In this document: in pieces, positions 1-8,987 of the stretch
How positions within the stretch are numbered: the first letter of the stretch is position 1
Layout: each line of letters starts with the position of its first letter
DNA from: an uncultured bacterium
GTDB taxonomy: Bacteria; Verrucomicrobiota; Kiritimatiellia; CAIVKH01
Length of the DNA stretch: 64,000 nucleotides
Assembly (NCBI GenBank): GCA_937958885.1
Contig: CALGMT010000015.1
Span: forward strand, 4,280 to 68,279
Direction of reading: 5' to 3'
Program-made: the position numbers and the translations under genes
Notes under the pieces: model-generated
Told to the model about the DNA's origin: nothing
Seen by the model: the letters and a program-made list of their open reading frames with translations, nothing else
Database searches by the model: none

Positions 1-97
1 CAACCAGCCGAACATGAAAAGCGGGGATTGCTGGTTCTCCGCGCCCGGCGGAGGGCCCATCGCAACCGTCAACATCGTCGTCAGCATTGCATTCTCC

Positions 98-1231
98 TTA
101 TGGCCCGCGGCCGGGCCGTTCCTCGGCCAGCGCCCGGAACTCCGCGCGCAACGCGCCAAACGTTCCGGCCGAAATGGCCTCGCGTATTTCCTTCAACAAC
201 TCCAAATGGCGATACAGGTTGTGAATGGTCAGCAACCGCACGCCCAAAATCTCGTTCACATTGAGCAGGTGCCGGACGTAGGACCGGCTGAAGCGGCGGC
301 AGGCGTAACACCCGCAGCCCTCCTCGATCGGACCCAGCGCCAGCTTGTGCTCCGCGTTGCGGAGCGAGTAGCGCCCGCGCCGCGTCACCGCCGTGCCGTT
401 GCGCGCCACCCGCGTCGGCAACACGCAATCGAACATATCCACGCCCCGCGCGATGGACTCCACCATCTGGCCGAGCCCGCCAACGCCCATCAGGTACCGC
501 GGCCGCTCGGCCGGCAGCGCGGCGATGCCCATCTCCACGCCGGGGAGGATCAGCTCGTCGGGCTCCCCGACGCTGACCCCGCCGATCGCGTAGCCGTCGA
601 AGCCCATCGCCACCAGCTCGCGCGCGCAGCGCTCGCGCAGCTCCGGGTACACCCCGCCCTGCACGATCCCGAAAACCAACTGCCCGTCGGCCCTCGGCTG
701 CTCCGCGCACAAAGCCGCCCACGTTAGGGTTCGCTCCACCGCCTTGCAAGCGTATTCCCGCTCGCACGGATACGGAGGGCACTCGTCGAACACCATCGCA
801 ATATCCGAACCCAGCGTCCGCTGAATCGCCATCGCCTCGACCGGCCCGAGAAAGTGCCGCGCGCCGTCGTTGTGCGACCGGAACTCGACCCCGCGATCCG
901 TCACCTTCCGCAGCCGGGTCAGGCTGAAGACCTGAAATCCGCCGCTGTCCGTCAGAATCGCGCGGTCCCACCCCATGAAGCGGTGCAACCCGCCCGCGTT
1001 CGCGATGACCTCCATGCCCGGCCGATCGTTGAGGTGATAGGTGTTGCCGAGCAGGATGCGGCAATCCATCTCCTCCAGCTCTGCCGGCGACATGGCCTTG
1101 ACCGTGCCCTGCGTGCCGACCGGCATGAACACCGGCGTCTCGACGACGCCGTGCGCGGTGTGCAGCCGCCCCCGCCGCGCGGCGGAGTGCGGATCGGTCG
1201 CCAGGATTTCAAATGTGCCCGCTTTACGCAT
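98..1231 (-). CDS. tgt: tRNA-guanine transglycosylase (queuine tRNA-ribosyltransferase)
   Basis: 377-aa ORF. N-terminus GRLHTAHGVVETPVFMPVGTQGTVK and C-terminal Zn-site CGCYACRRFSRSYVRH are typical of Tgt. Confidence 0.95.
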   Translation of the reverse strand: MRKAGTFEILATDPHSAARRGRLHTAHGVVETPVFMPVGTQGTVKAMSPAELEEMDCRILLGNTYHLNDRPGMEVIANAGGLHRFMGWDRAILTDSGGFQVFSLTRLRKVTDRGVEFRSHNDGARHFLGPVEAMAIQRTLGSDIAMVFDECPPYPCEREYACKAVERTLTWAALCAEQPRADGQLVFGIVQGGVYPELRERCARELVAMGFDGYAIGGVSVGEPDELILPGVEMGIAALPAERPRYLMGVGGLGQMVESIARGVDMFDCVLPTRVARNGTAVTRRGRYSLRNAEHKLALGPIEEGCGCYACRRFSRSYVRHLLNVNEILGVRLLTIHNLYRHLELLKEIREAISAGTFGALRAEFRALAEERPGRGP

Positions 1232-1395
1232 GTGTGTGCAGACGCCTCGGGGCGCCCGAAAACCTGCGAGCCTACGTCAACCCCGCCCCTCCGCGCAATC
1301 GCGGGATTTGATGTGCCCTCGCGGCGAACCATGCAGGGCGGAGCGCGATGACGGCGCTTTGACGTATGCCGCACGTCGTTGCTACGCTGCGCCCC

Positions 1396-2004
1396 ATGCA
1401 CCTGATCGTCGCTACGCGGAATCGGCATAAACTTGAAGAAATCCGCTCAATTCTGAACCTGCCCGGCATCGCGCTGATCGCGGCGGACGACATCCCCGAC
1501 CTTCCCGATGTCGATGAAGACGGCGCGACATTGGAGGAGAACGCCGTCAAAAAAGCCGCCACGCTCGCGCGGGCTGCGCATGCGTGGACCCTCGCGGACG
1601 ACTCCGGCTTGGAAGTCGCCGCGCTCGGCGGCCTGCCCGGCGTCCGCTCAGCCCGCTACGCGGGAGCATCGGCGGACTACGCGGCCAACAACCAAAAACT
1701 GCTCGCCGCACTCCGCCACCTCGAAAACCGTCGCGCGCGCTTCCGCACCGTGATCGCGCTCGCAAGCCCATCCGGACGCACCCGGTGCGTCGAAGGCGCG
1801 TGCGAGGGCGTCATTGTCGCGGCTCCGCGCGGCGCGGGCGGGTTCGGCTATGACCCGCTATTTCAACCGGACGGATACGATCAAACTTTTGCCGAAATGG
1901 ATGCCGCGGAAAAGAACCGCATTTCGCACCGCGCCCGCGCGCTAGACAGCGCCGTGCGCGCATGGCGCGACCTCCTGCTGACCGCGCCCGCCGACTGGCC
2001 CTAA
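1396..2004 (+). CDS. rdgB: RdgB/HAM1 family non-canonical purine NTP pyrophosphatase
   Basis: Internal ATG at 1396 gives MHLIVATRNRHKLEEI. FGYDPLF and NRISHRARA motifs match the HAM1/RdgB family. The 10 upstream codons of the track ORF are not needed. Confidence 0.9.
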   Translation: MHLIVATRNRHKLEEIRSILNLPGIALIAADDIPDLPDVDEDGATLEENAVKKAATLARAAHAWTLADDSGLEVAALGGLPGVRSARYAGASADYAANNQKLLAALRHLENRRARFRTVIALASPSGRTRCVEGACEGVIVAAPRGAGGFGYDPLFQPDGYDQTFAEMDAAEKNRISHRARALDSAVRAWRDLLLTAPADWP

Positions 2005-2028
2005 TCCGCCCCGTTCCCCCGCGTACGG

Positions 2029-2658
2029 TCAGCGCGCGGCAGCCTGATCGAGGCTCGCGCGCCTCGCGAGCCCCTGGCTGATGCGGACGGAGAGCTGCTC
2101 AATTTCCGCCGTCTTGCTGTTGAAAAACAAATGCACCAGGCGGAGATGCCGCGCAAAAAATCGACTCACCGAATTTTCCGGATACGCATACACGCGCGCG
2201 ATATACTCAATACCCTCTCCCGCTGCGCGCGGCGAAGCCGCAATGTGGATCACGGCTTGGAACTCGCCGAAAAACCTGCGCCCCTTCGCGTGAAACACCA
2301 CCTCGGTGGCCGGCCCTTCATGCTCGGCGCGATGCAGCTCGCGAATGTCCGTCTCCTGCCCGGATTTGTTGACGTAGTGATACGCGTCCGGCGCCGTCTG
2401 CGTGATCACGAATTCCGGCTTCTCGCCCGGCGGCAACAGGCGCGCATATTCCGCCTGCACATCGGCCAGCAGCGAGGGCGACTCGAACATCCGCACGGCG
2501 TCGGAATAGGCGATCGGCGCCGCGCCGCGCGTCTCCACGCGGATCGGATTGCGATCGAGCACGCGCCGCGCGGCAGCGTCGCCGCCGATCCGATCGGCGG
2601 TGTCGAGCGCGTACGCGGCGGATACCAAGATGCAAATGAACGCGATGATCCAGCGCAT
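2029..2658 (-). CDS. hypothetical secreted protein
   Basis: 209-aa ORF with a signal-like N-terminus (MRWIIAFICILVSAAYA) and G/C-rich third codon positions. No family recognised. Confidence 0.6.
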   Translation of the reverse strand: MRWIIAFICILVSAAYALDTADRIGGDAAARRVLDRNPIRVETRGAAPIAYSDAVRMFESPSLLADVQAEYARLLPPGEKPEFVITQTAPDAYHYVNKSGQETDIRELHRAEHEGPATEVVFHAKGRRFFGEFQAVIHIAASPRAAGEGIEYIARVYAYPENSVSRFFARHLRLVHLFFNSKTAEIEQLSVRISQGLARRASLDQAAAR

Positions 2659-2731
2659 GTTCGAATTATGCGTCGTCCGCGTTAGCGCCGTCCGTTCATT
2701 CGATGAGAATTTCGCGAGCGCGCCCCGCGCG

Positions 2732-2794
2732 AAAAAAGTTTTTACAGAGTATGGAACTTTTAAAAAAAGTTTTTACAGAGCATGGAACTTTTTT
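2732..2794. repeat. AT-rich 31-bp tandem repeat x2, core TTTTACAGAG[T/C]ATGGAACTTTT
   Basis: Two adjacent units (TACAGAG at 2743 and 2774, 31-bp phase) in the gap between hemH and the 2029-2658 gene. The same core recurs at 38559-38616. Confidence 0.85.
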
Positions 2795-2811
2795 CGGCAG
2801 GCGCGGGCGCG

Positions 2812-3852
2812 TCACACGCCGGCCGCCGCGGAAGAGACCGCGGGGCGTCCGGAGGGGCAGCAGTTTTCGGGACACACGTCGTGCTTCGGCGGCATCGCGC
2901 CGACGACGCGCTTCGGCGTCGCGGGATCGACGCGCTCCAGCACGAGTTCGCCGAGCATTTCGACAAACAGCGGATGCGTGCCGGGCGTGGCGGCGCGGAT
3001 CATGGGCAGCCGGAGCTCCTGCGCGAGTTCCCTTGCCTCGCGGTCGAGATCGTAGAGCACTTCCATGTGATCGGAGATGAATCCGATCGGCGCGAGGATC
3101 ACGGCGGAGGCGCCGCGATCGCGCGCGACGCGGATCGCATCGCACACATCCGGCTCGAGCCAGGGCTGGGACGGCGGCCCGCTGCGGCTTTGATAGACCA
3201 GCCGCCACTCGGAAATTCCCGCGGCCTGCGCGGTCAGCCGTGAGGCCTCGTGCAGTTGCTTTTCGTAGGCACAACCGATCGCCATCGAAACGGGAATACT
3301 GTGCGCGGTAAATAGTGTGATCGGACGCGCGCGGGCGTCGTCGGGCAGGCGGGCGTACGCCTGCTTCCAGTGGCGAGCCCAGACGTCGATGAACAGCGGG
3401 TGGTTGAACCAGACGCGGATCTTGTCGAACGCGGGGGCATCGGAGCCGAGCGGCGCGAGCGCCTTCGCGATGTCCTCGCGGTACTGGCGGCACCCGGAGT
3501 AGCAACTGAAGCCGCTGGTGACGAGTGTGAGGAATCGGCGGACGCCGTCGGCCTGCATCTGCTGGGCGACATCCGCAATCAGCGGGTGCCAGTTGCGGTT
3601 CGCGAGGTAGATGGGCATGGCGATGCCGCGTCGCTCGAGTTCGACTTCGAGCGCGGCTTGCAGTTGACGGTTTTGCAGGTTGATCGGGCTGACGCCGCCA
3701 AAGAGTTCGTAATGGTGCGCGACTTCGCGCTTGCGTTCTTCGGGCACGTTGCGCCCGCGCAGCACATTGTCGAGGAACGGCATGACGTCGTTCATGCCCT
3801 CGGGTCCGCCAAAGGACATAATCAGCAGCGCGTCGTAGGGATTGTGCGTCAT
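2812..3852 (-). CDS. hemH: ferrochelatase
   Basis: ATG at 3852 (MTHNPYDALLIMSFGGPEG) gives 346 aa with FTAHSIP and SGPPSQPWLEPD motifs. A C-terminal Cys cluster (CPENCC) may bind 2Fe-2S. The 227 upstream codons of the 573-aa track ORF are an Arg/His-rich shadow over the divergent EamA gene. Confidence 0.9.
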   Translation of the reverse strand: MTHNPYDALLIMSFGGPEGMNDVMPFLDNVLRGRNVPEERKREVAHHYELFGGVSPINLQNRQLQAALEVELERRGIAMPIYLANRNWHPLIADVAQQMQADGVRRFLTLVTSGFSCYSGCRQYREDIAKALAPLGSDAPAFDKIRVWFNHPLFIDVWARHWKQAYARLPDDARARPITLFTAHSIPVSMAIGCAYEKQLHEASRLTAQAAGISEWRLVYQSRSGPPSQPWLEPDVCDAIRVARDRGASAVILAPIGFISDHMEVLYDLDREARELAQELRLPMIRAATPGTHPLFVEMLGELVLERVDPATPKRVVGAMPPKHDVCPENCCPSGRPAVSSAAAGV

Positions 3853-3930
3853 GCTCCTATATCGCACGAGACGCTGGCGCCTTTCAAGAATCGGCGCTAC
3901 CTTCGCCGGGTGGCGATACGCTCTCCCAGA

Positions 3931-4800
3931 ATGTCCGGGCTGCTGTACATGCTGGCGGCCTCCGTGGTGATGGCGCTGGTGGGCACGTCGGTGAAGTGGG
4001 CGACGGACGGCTTGCCGGCGCCGGTGGTGGTGTTCTTTCGGAACCTCTTCGGCCTCGTTGTACTGTTGCCGTGGCTGGGGACGCCGGGCGGGATCACGCT
4101 GCGCACGCAGCAGATTCGCTATCACGCGCTGCGCTGCGTGTTCGGGTTTCTTGCGATGCAGTGCTATTTCTTCGCCCTTTCGAAACTGCATCTCGGGAGC
4201 GCGGTTGCGCTGAATTTTACCTCGCCGCTCTGGATTCCATTCATCGCGTTCTTTTGGCTGCGCGAGCCGCTGACGCGGCGCGTGTTGTTGGCGTCGCTGG
4301 TGGGACTGGCGGGCGTGTGGACGATCCGAACGCCGGAGAGCGGGGTTTGGTCGCTCGCGGGCGCGATGGGATTGCTCTCCGCTTTTTTTGCGTCGGGCGC
4401 GCTGGTGGGCGTGCGTCGCCTCACGCTGGCGGGAGAGCCGGCGGGCCGGATCGTGTTTTATTTCGCCCTCGGCTCGACCGTATTCACGGCGCTGCCGGTC
4501 CCGTTTTTCTGGAAGATGCCGACGGCGCATCAATGGCTTGCGCTGGCGGCGACGGGGGCGCTGGCGTCGCTCGCGCAGTTCTTGCTGTCGCGCGGATTCG
4601 CGCGCGCGCCGGCTGCGGTCGCGGCGGTGGCGTATTATGGAACGGTTCCCGCGGCAGCGTTTTTCGGGTGGTGGTTTTGGGGCGAACGATTGACGCCGGC
4701 CTTCGCGCTCGGCGCCGCGCTCATTTGTGCGGCGGGCATTGCGGCGTCTCTTCCAGCGCGGGCGAAACGCGAGGCGGCGCCGATCACGGCGGAGCCGTGA
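3931..4800 (+). CDS. EamA/DMT family transporter
   Basis: ATG 3931 (MSGLLYMLAASVVMALVG). About ten hydrophobic helices in two EamA-like halves. The upstream part of the 476-aa track ORF is antisense to hemH. Confidence 0.85.
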   Translation: MSGLLYMLAASVVMALVGTSVKWATDGLPAPVVVFFRNLFGLVVLLPWLGTPGGITLRTQQIRYHALRCVFGFLAMQCYFFALSKLHLGSAVALNFTSPLWIPFIAFFWLREPLTRRVLLASLVGLAGVWTIRTPESGVWSLAGAMGLLSAFFASGALVGVRRLTLAGEPAGRIVFYFALGSTVFTALPVPFFWKMPTAHQWLALAATGALASLAQFLLSRGFARAPAAVAAVAYYGTVPAAAFFGWWFWGERLTPAFALGAALICAAGIAASLPARAKREAAPITAEP

Positions 4801-4801
4801 A

Positions 4802-5527
4802 TTATGCCGACGCGGCCGGCGGCTTCGCCGGCGGTTCCGGCTTGAGCCCCCGCATCAGCAAATCCGGGCGCCGCGCGCGGGTGCGGGCTGCGGATTGCTC
4901 GGCCCGCCAGCGCGCGATTTCCTCGTGATGTCCGGTGAGCAGCGCGTCCGGCACTCGCATCCCTCGAAACTCGGCGGGGCGCGTGTATTGCGGGTATTCG
5001 AGCGCGCCGTCGCTGAACGATTCCTGCTCCGCGGCGCCCTCGCCGCCGAGCACGCCCGGCAGCAGACGAACCACGGCATCAATCACCACGGCGGCGGGCA
5101 ACACGCCGTTGGTCAGCACATAGTCGCCGATTGACAACTCATCCGTGACGAGGGCTTCGCGCACGCGTTCGTCCACGCCCTCGTAGTGGCCGCAGATAAA
5201 TATCAGGTGCCGCTCGGCGGATAATTCCCGTGCGACGGCCTGCGTGAACACGCGGCCCTGCGGGCACATCAGGATAACGCGGCTTTCGGGCGTGCGAACC
5301 GACTCAACGGCGGCGAAGATCGGCTCCGGCTTCATCACCATTCCCGGTCCGCCGCCGAACGGGCGGTCGTCGGTGGTCTGGTGTTTGTCCGTTGCAAAAT
5401 CGCGGAGGTTGATTGTTCGAAGATCGAGTGCGCCCTTTTGCGCCGCGCGCTTCATCATGCTGGCCCGGAGAAAACCGTCCAACATTTCGGGGAATATCGT
5501 AATAACCTCAATGCGCACGCCGTGCAC
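4802..5527 (-). CDS. trmD: tRNA (guanine37-N1)-methyltransferase
   Basis: 241 aa, [10 protein letters not shown] and [11 protein letters not shown] motifs. Confidence 0.95.
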   Translation of the reverse strand: MHGVRIEVITIFPEMLDGFLRASMMKRAAQKGALDLRTINLRDFATDKHQTTDDRPFGGGPGMVMKPEPIFAAVESVRTPESRVILMCPQGRVFTQAVARELSAERHLIFICGHYEGVDERVREALVTDELSIGDYVLTNGVLPAAVVIDAVVRLLPGVLGGEGAAEQESFSDGALEYPQYTRPAEFRGMRVPDALLTGHHEEIARWRAEQSAARTRARRPDLLMRGLKPEPPAKPPAASA

Positions 5528-5647
5528 TATAAACCGATCCGCCCCAAAAAATCGCGATCTGAATTTGGTATCGGAATCGATCTCGGTCTAGGCCTCGGCC
5601 TCGAAATCCACTCCCTGCACAGCGCGCCGCCCAGACAGGCGGACGCG

Positions 5648-5878
5648 CTATTCCACCACTTCCAGCACGACGCGGCGGTTATCTTTCGCGCCGAGGGCGA
5701 GCGCGAGCGTGCGGAGGGACTGAATAACCTTGCCGTTCTTGCCGATTACTTTGCCGACATCGTCGGCGTGGCAACGGATTTCCATCACGACGGTTTTTTC
5801 GCCGTCGATGGAGGCGATGGAGAGTTCGGATGGGTGGTCCACGAACCACCGCAACGTGTCGGCGACAAATGCTTTCAT
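5648..5878 (-). CDS. KH domain RNA-binding protein (YlqC-like)
   Basis: 76 aa with the KH GxxG loop VIGKNGKVIQSLRTL. Sits at the conserved position between rpsP and trmD. Confidence 0.85.
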   Translation of the reverse strand: MKAFVADTLRWFVDHPSELSIASIDGEKTVVMEIRCHADDVGKVIGKNGKVIQSLRTLALALGAKDNRRVVLEVVE

Positions 5879-5888
5879 GCAGACGGGA

Positions 5889-6149
5889 TCAGGCGGTCGC
5901 CTGCGCCGGGGCGGACTTGCGTTGCTTCTTGACGAGTGTCGATACGGAATCGGTCAACTGCGCGCCGCGCGAAAGCCAGTGGTCGATGCGCGCAAGGTCC
6001 AATTCGAAATTCTGCTTCGACCGCTTCGGGTCGTACCAGCCGACATTCTCGATAAACTGACCGTTGATCTTTCGTTTGACGTCCGCGACGACAATGCGGA
6101 AAAAGGGCTTCTTATTGTTGCCCATGCGAACGAGTCGAATCTTGACCAT
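5889..6149 (-). CDS. rpsP: 30S ribosomal protein S16
   Basis: MVKIRLVRMGNNKKPFFRIVVAD, typical bS16. Confidence 0.95.
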   Translation of the reverse strand: MVKIRLVRMGNNKKPFFRIVVADVKRKINGQFIENVGWYDPKRSKQNFELDLARIDHWLSRGAQLTDSVSTLVKKQRKSAPAQATA

Positions 6150-6188
6150 GCTTCCTCCAAACTCCTGAAACGAGCCGGACTTGATACC

Positions 6189-7523
6189 CTAACGCCCGAA
6201 ACGCAGCAACTTTTTTCGCTGCTTTTTCATGCGCTTGGCCATATCGCGCGCCATTTCGAATCGCTTGAGCAGCTCGTTGACGTCTCGCACCTGCGTGCCG
6301 CTCCCCAGCGCGACCCGACGCCGGCGGCTTGCATTCATGAGGCTAGGCTGACGGCGCTCGGCGGGGGTCATGCTCTGAATGATGGCCTCCGTCCGCTTCA
6401 TCTCCCGCCCGGCATCCGCGCCGAATGAGTCTCGCAGATGGCCCGGCAGTTGAGCGGCGCCCGGCATCATTTCCAACAGATTCTCCAGCGGCCCCAGTTT
6501 CTTGATCTGGCGCAATTGATCGAGAAAGTCTTCCAGCGTAAAGTCATCCGCCAGAAGTTTTTGCTGCATTTCCTCCGCCGATTTCTCGTCTATCGCGGCC
6601 TGTGCTCGTTCGACGAGGGTCACCACATCGCCCATGCCGAGGATACGCGAGGCCATCCGGTCGGGATGAAAGATTTCGAGGTCCTCCGGACGTTCGCCAA
6701 GCCCAACCATCAGGATCGGGCACCCGGTGACATGGCGCACCGAGAGAGCGGCGCCGCCGCGGGCGTCGCCGTCGAGCTTTGTCAGGATAAGCCCCGTGAC
6801 GCCCACTTCCTTATTAAAAGTCTCGGCCACGTGTACCGACTCCTGCCCGATCGCGGCGTCGAGCACGAGGATGACGTTCGCCGGCTGTACCGCCGATTTT
6901 AGGTCCTTCAATTCCGCGACCAGTTCGGCGTCGATCTGGAACCGACCCCCGGTGTCGAAAATCACGACATCGATTTTGTTGTCGCGCGCGTGTTGAAGGG
7001 CGCGCGCGCCAATCGCGGGCACGGTTTCGCCGGGGTTCGGCGTCAGGATGCCGACGCCGACTTGCGCGGCAAGGAGGCGAAGCTGCTCCACGGCGGCCGG
7101 ACGGCGGATATCGCAGGCGGTGAGGAGGACGCTGCGGCCGCTTTTCTTCCATCGAGCCGCGAGTTTCGCGGTGGTGGTGGTTTTTCCGGACCCGTGCAGG
7201 CCGATCATCATCACCGTTGCGGGGCGATTCTTGAGATCGAACTCGCGGGATTCGCCCCCCAGCAGCGCGACCAACTCATCATGCACATGTTTGACGAACT
7301 GCTGGCCCGGCGACACGCTTTCCAGCACGTCGGCTCCAAGGGCCTTCTCGCGCACGCGCGAGATGAACTCTTTGACGACTGTGAAATTGACATCCGCCTC
7401 GAGCAGGGCGAGCCGCACCTCGCGGAGCGCGTCTTGCACATTCTTCTCGTTCAGCTTGCCGTAGCCGCGCAGGTCGCGGAAGACCTTCTGCAGCGCGCCG
7501 GATAGTTTGTCAAAAAGGGCCAT
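6189..7523 (-). CDS. ffh: signal recognition particle protein
   Basis: 444 aa. Has GLHGSGKTTT P-loop, DTGGR, TKLDGDARGGAALS and a Met-rich C-terminal M domain. Confidence 0.95.
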   Translation of the reverse strand: MALFDKLSGALQKVFRDLRGYGKLNEKNVQDALREVRLALLEADVNFTVVKEFISRVREKALGADVLESVSPGQQFVKHVHDELVALLGGESREFDLKNRPATVMMIGLHGSGKTTTTAKLAARWKKSGRSVLLTACDIRRPAAVEQLRLLAAQVGVGILTPNPGETVPAIGARALQHARDNKIDVVIFDTGGRFQIDAELVAELKDLKSAVQPANVILVLDAAIGQESVHVAETFNKEVGVTGLILTKLDGDARGGAALSVRHVTGCPILMVGLGERPEDLEIFHPDRMASRILGMGDVVTLVERAQAAIDEKSAEEMQQKLLADDFTLEDFLDQLRQIKKLGPLENLLEMMPGAAQLPGHLRDSFGADAGREMKRTEAIIQSMTPAERRQPSLMNASRRRRVALGSGTQVRDVNELLKRFEMARDMAKRMKKQRKKLLRFGR

Positions 7524-7529
7524 GGTTGC

Positions 7530-8096
7530 TCATCGCGTTTCGTTTTCAGTTTTCGGAGTTTGAGACCGGAGCTCAGATTCCGCAGCCGATGTTGGTTGAT
7601 CGGGGAGCGCGTCCTCCGCCTCGACGGCCTGCGCCGGACCGAATCGCGGGATGGGCGCCAGATATACCGGCGGCGGCGCGCCTTCGCGGCGGACCAGACC
7701 GCGTCCGTCGCAGCGCCGGCACCAGCGCCACTCGCCGTTATCGTCTTCGATTCGCCCAAAGCCGCCGCAGGCCGGGCACAATACGTCGTCCTCATCCATC
7801 CGCCGTATCTGGCGCGAGCCCAAGCCGAAGCAGGCCGGGCACATCTGGAGTTGCCGCCCGCCTTTTTCGTCGGACTGAGAGAGGACGCCGAGGCCGCGGC
7901 AATGATCGCAACGAATGCGTTCGACCGCGAATGGCGCAAACTTGTGCTTGTTTTGCGCCGTCCAGAAGACCTGCCCGATCAGCGTGACGCCGCAGACCGC
8001 GACCACCGCGAGGATGTACATCGAGCGGCGCGGATCGTCGCGCATCCGGCGCGGGCGCGAACGCGGAGCTACATGCAGTGACGGGGCTTTAAACAT
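7530..8096 (-). CDS. membrane-anchored protein with DnaJ-type zinc-finger domain (4x CxxCxGxG)
   Basis: Start placed at ATG 8096 (MFKAPS), an 8-nt overlap with the prmC stop. Basic N-terminus, one TM helix (MYILAVVAVCGVTLIGQVFW), then CDHCRGLG, CPACFGLG, CPACGGFG and CRRCDGRG. Confidence 0.7.
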   Translation of the reverse strand: MFKAPSLHVAPRSRPRRMRDDPRRSMYILAVVAVCGVTLIGQVFWTAQNKHKFAPFAVERIRCDHCRGLGVLSQSDEKGGRQLQMCPACFGLGSRQIRRMDEDDVLCPACGGFGRIEDDNGEWRWCRRCDGRGLVRREGAPPPVYLAPIPRFGPAQAVEAEDALPDQPTSAAESELRSQTPKTENETR

Positions 8097-8952
8097 CGGC
8101 TTGTCGGGCCTCGGCGAAACGATCGCGGCCCGCAAGATCGCGCCGAATGGCGACATCCGCGAATCCGTGCGCAGTCAACAGTTCGCGCACCGCAGGGCCC
8201 TGTTCGTTTCCGATTTCCATCCAGACTCTACCACCGGGCGCGAGCGCGTGGCGAGCTTGCTCGACTAATCGTCGGATCACAGCCAATCCGTCCGCGCCGC
8301 CGATCAGCGCCACACGCGGCTCGTGGTCGCGCACCTCCGGGTCCAGTCGCGCCCACTCGCCCTCCGCAATGTAGGGCGGATTCGAGACGACGGCGCGCAA
8401 CGACTGCGCGGGCAATCCCGAAAGCAAATCGCCCTGCCGCCACACGATCCGATCCTCTGCGCCGAACCGTTGCGCATTCGCTCGCGCAAGGGCAAGCGCT
8501 TCGGGCGAAAGGTCGATTGCGATCACGCTTGCCGACGGACGCTCCAGCGCAAGCGTGACCGCCAGACAACCGGTACCCGTGCCGACATCCGCAATAGTCG
8601 GCGCCGGGTGCGACCAAACCGTCTCATCCGCCAGCACGCGCTCGCACAACTCCTCCGTCTCGGGCCGCGGGATCAACGCCCGCGCATCGCACACGAAGTC
8701 GCGCCCCAGAAACGGCGCAGTCCCCAACACATACTGCAGCGGCTCGCCGCGCGCCACGCGCGGCGCCCATTCGTCCAGCCGCGCGCGCGCGGCCTCGTCG
8801 ACAAGCCGCGCGCCCTGCGCCGCGACATCGAGACGTCCGACGCCCGCCGCCGCAGCCACGAGCCACTCGGCCAACACCCGCGCATCCCCTCGTCCCGCGT
8901 CCGCTATGACGGACTCGACGGCGCGCAGCATTTCCTGAAGGGTGATCGACAT
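8089..8952 (-). CDS. prmC: release factor glutamine N5-methyltransferase
   Basis: ATG 8952 (MSITLQEML), 36 nt after the prfA stop. SAM motif DVGTGTGC and NPPY present. The 116 upstream codons of the track ORF overlap prfA in another frame. Confidence 0.9.
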   Translation of the reverse strand: MSITLQEMLRAVESVIADAGRGDARVLAEWLVAAAAGVGRLDVAAQGARLVDEAARARLDEWAPRVARGEPLQYVLGTAPFLGRDFVCDARALIPRPETEELCERVLADETVWSHPAPTIADVGTGTGCLAVTLALERPSASVIAIDLSPEALALARANAQRFGAEDRIVWRQGDLLSGLPAQSLRAVVSNPPYIAEGEWARLDPEVRDHEPRVALIGGADGLAVIRRLVEQARHALAPGGRVWMEIGNEQGPAVRELLTAHGFADVAIRRDLAGRDRFAEARQADV

Positions 8953-8987
8953 GGCGGCGCGCGCGTGGATGGAGGACCTCTTGTGCG

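Noticed and set aside
14-727. 237-aa plus-strand ORF at the window start
   Set aside because: It is antisense to tgt, which is clearly the real gene. Its translation is Ala/Arg/Pro-rich with no motifs.
2732-2794. Sigma-54 promoter reading of TGGAAC in the 31-bp motif
   Set aside because: The motif has no GC element at the required 10-11 nt spacing after the GG, so it does not fit TGGCAC-N5-TTGC.
3853-4533. N-terminal 227 codons of the 573-aa track ORF that ends as ferrochelatase
   Set aside because: It is an Arg/His/Gln-rich low-complexity translation that lies antisense to the EamA transporter gene. A clean ferrochelatase N-terminus starts at ATG 3852.
5528-5647. Possible degraded rimM in the gap between the KH-protein gene and trmD
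   Set aside because: The gap is only 120 nt and has no ORF or similarity to RimM that I can see.
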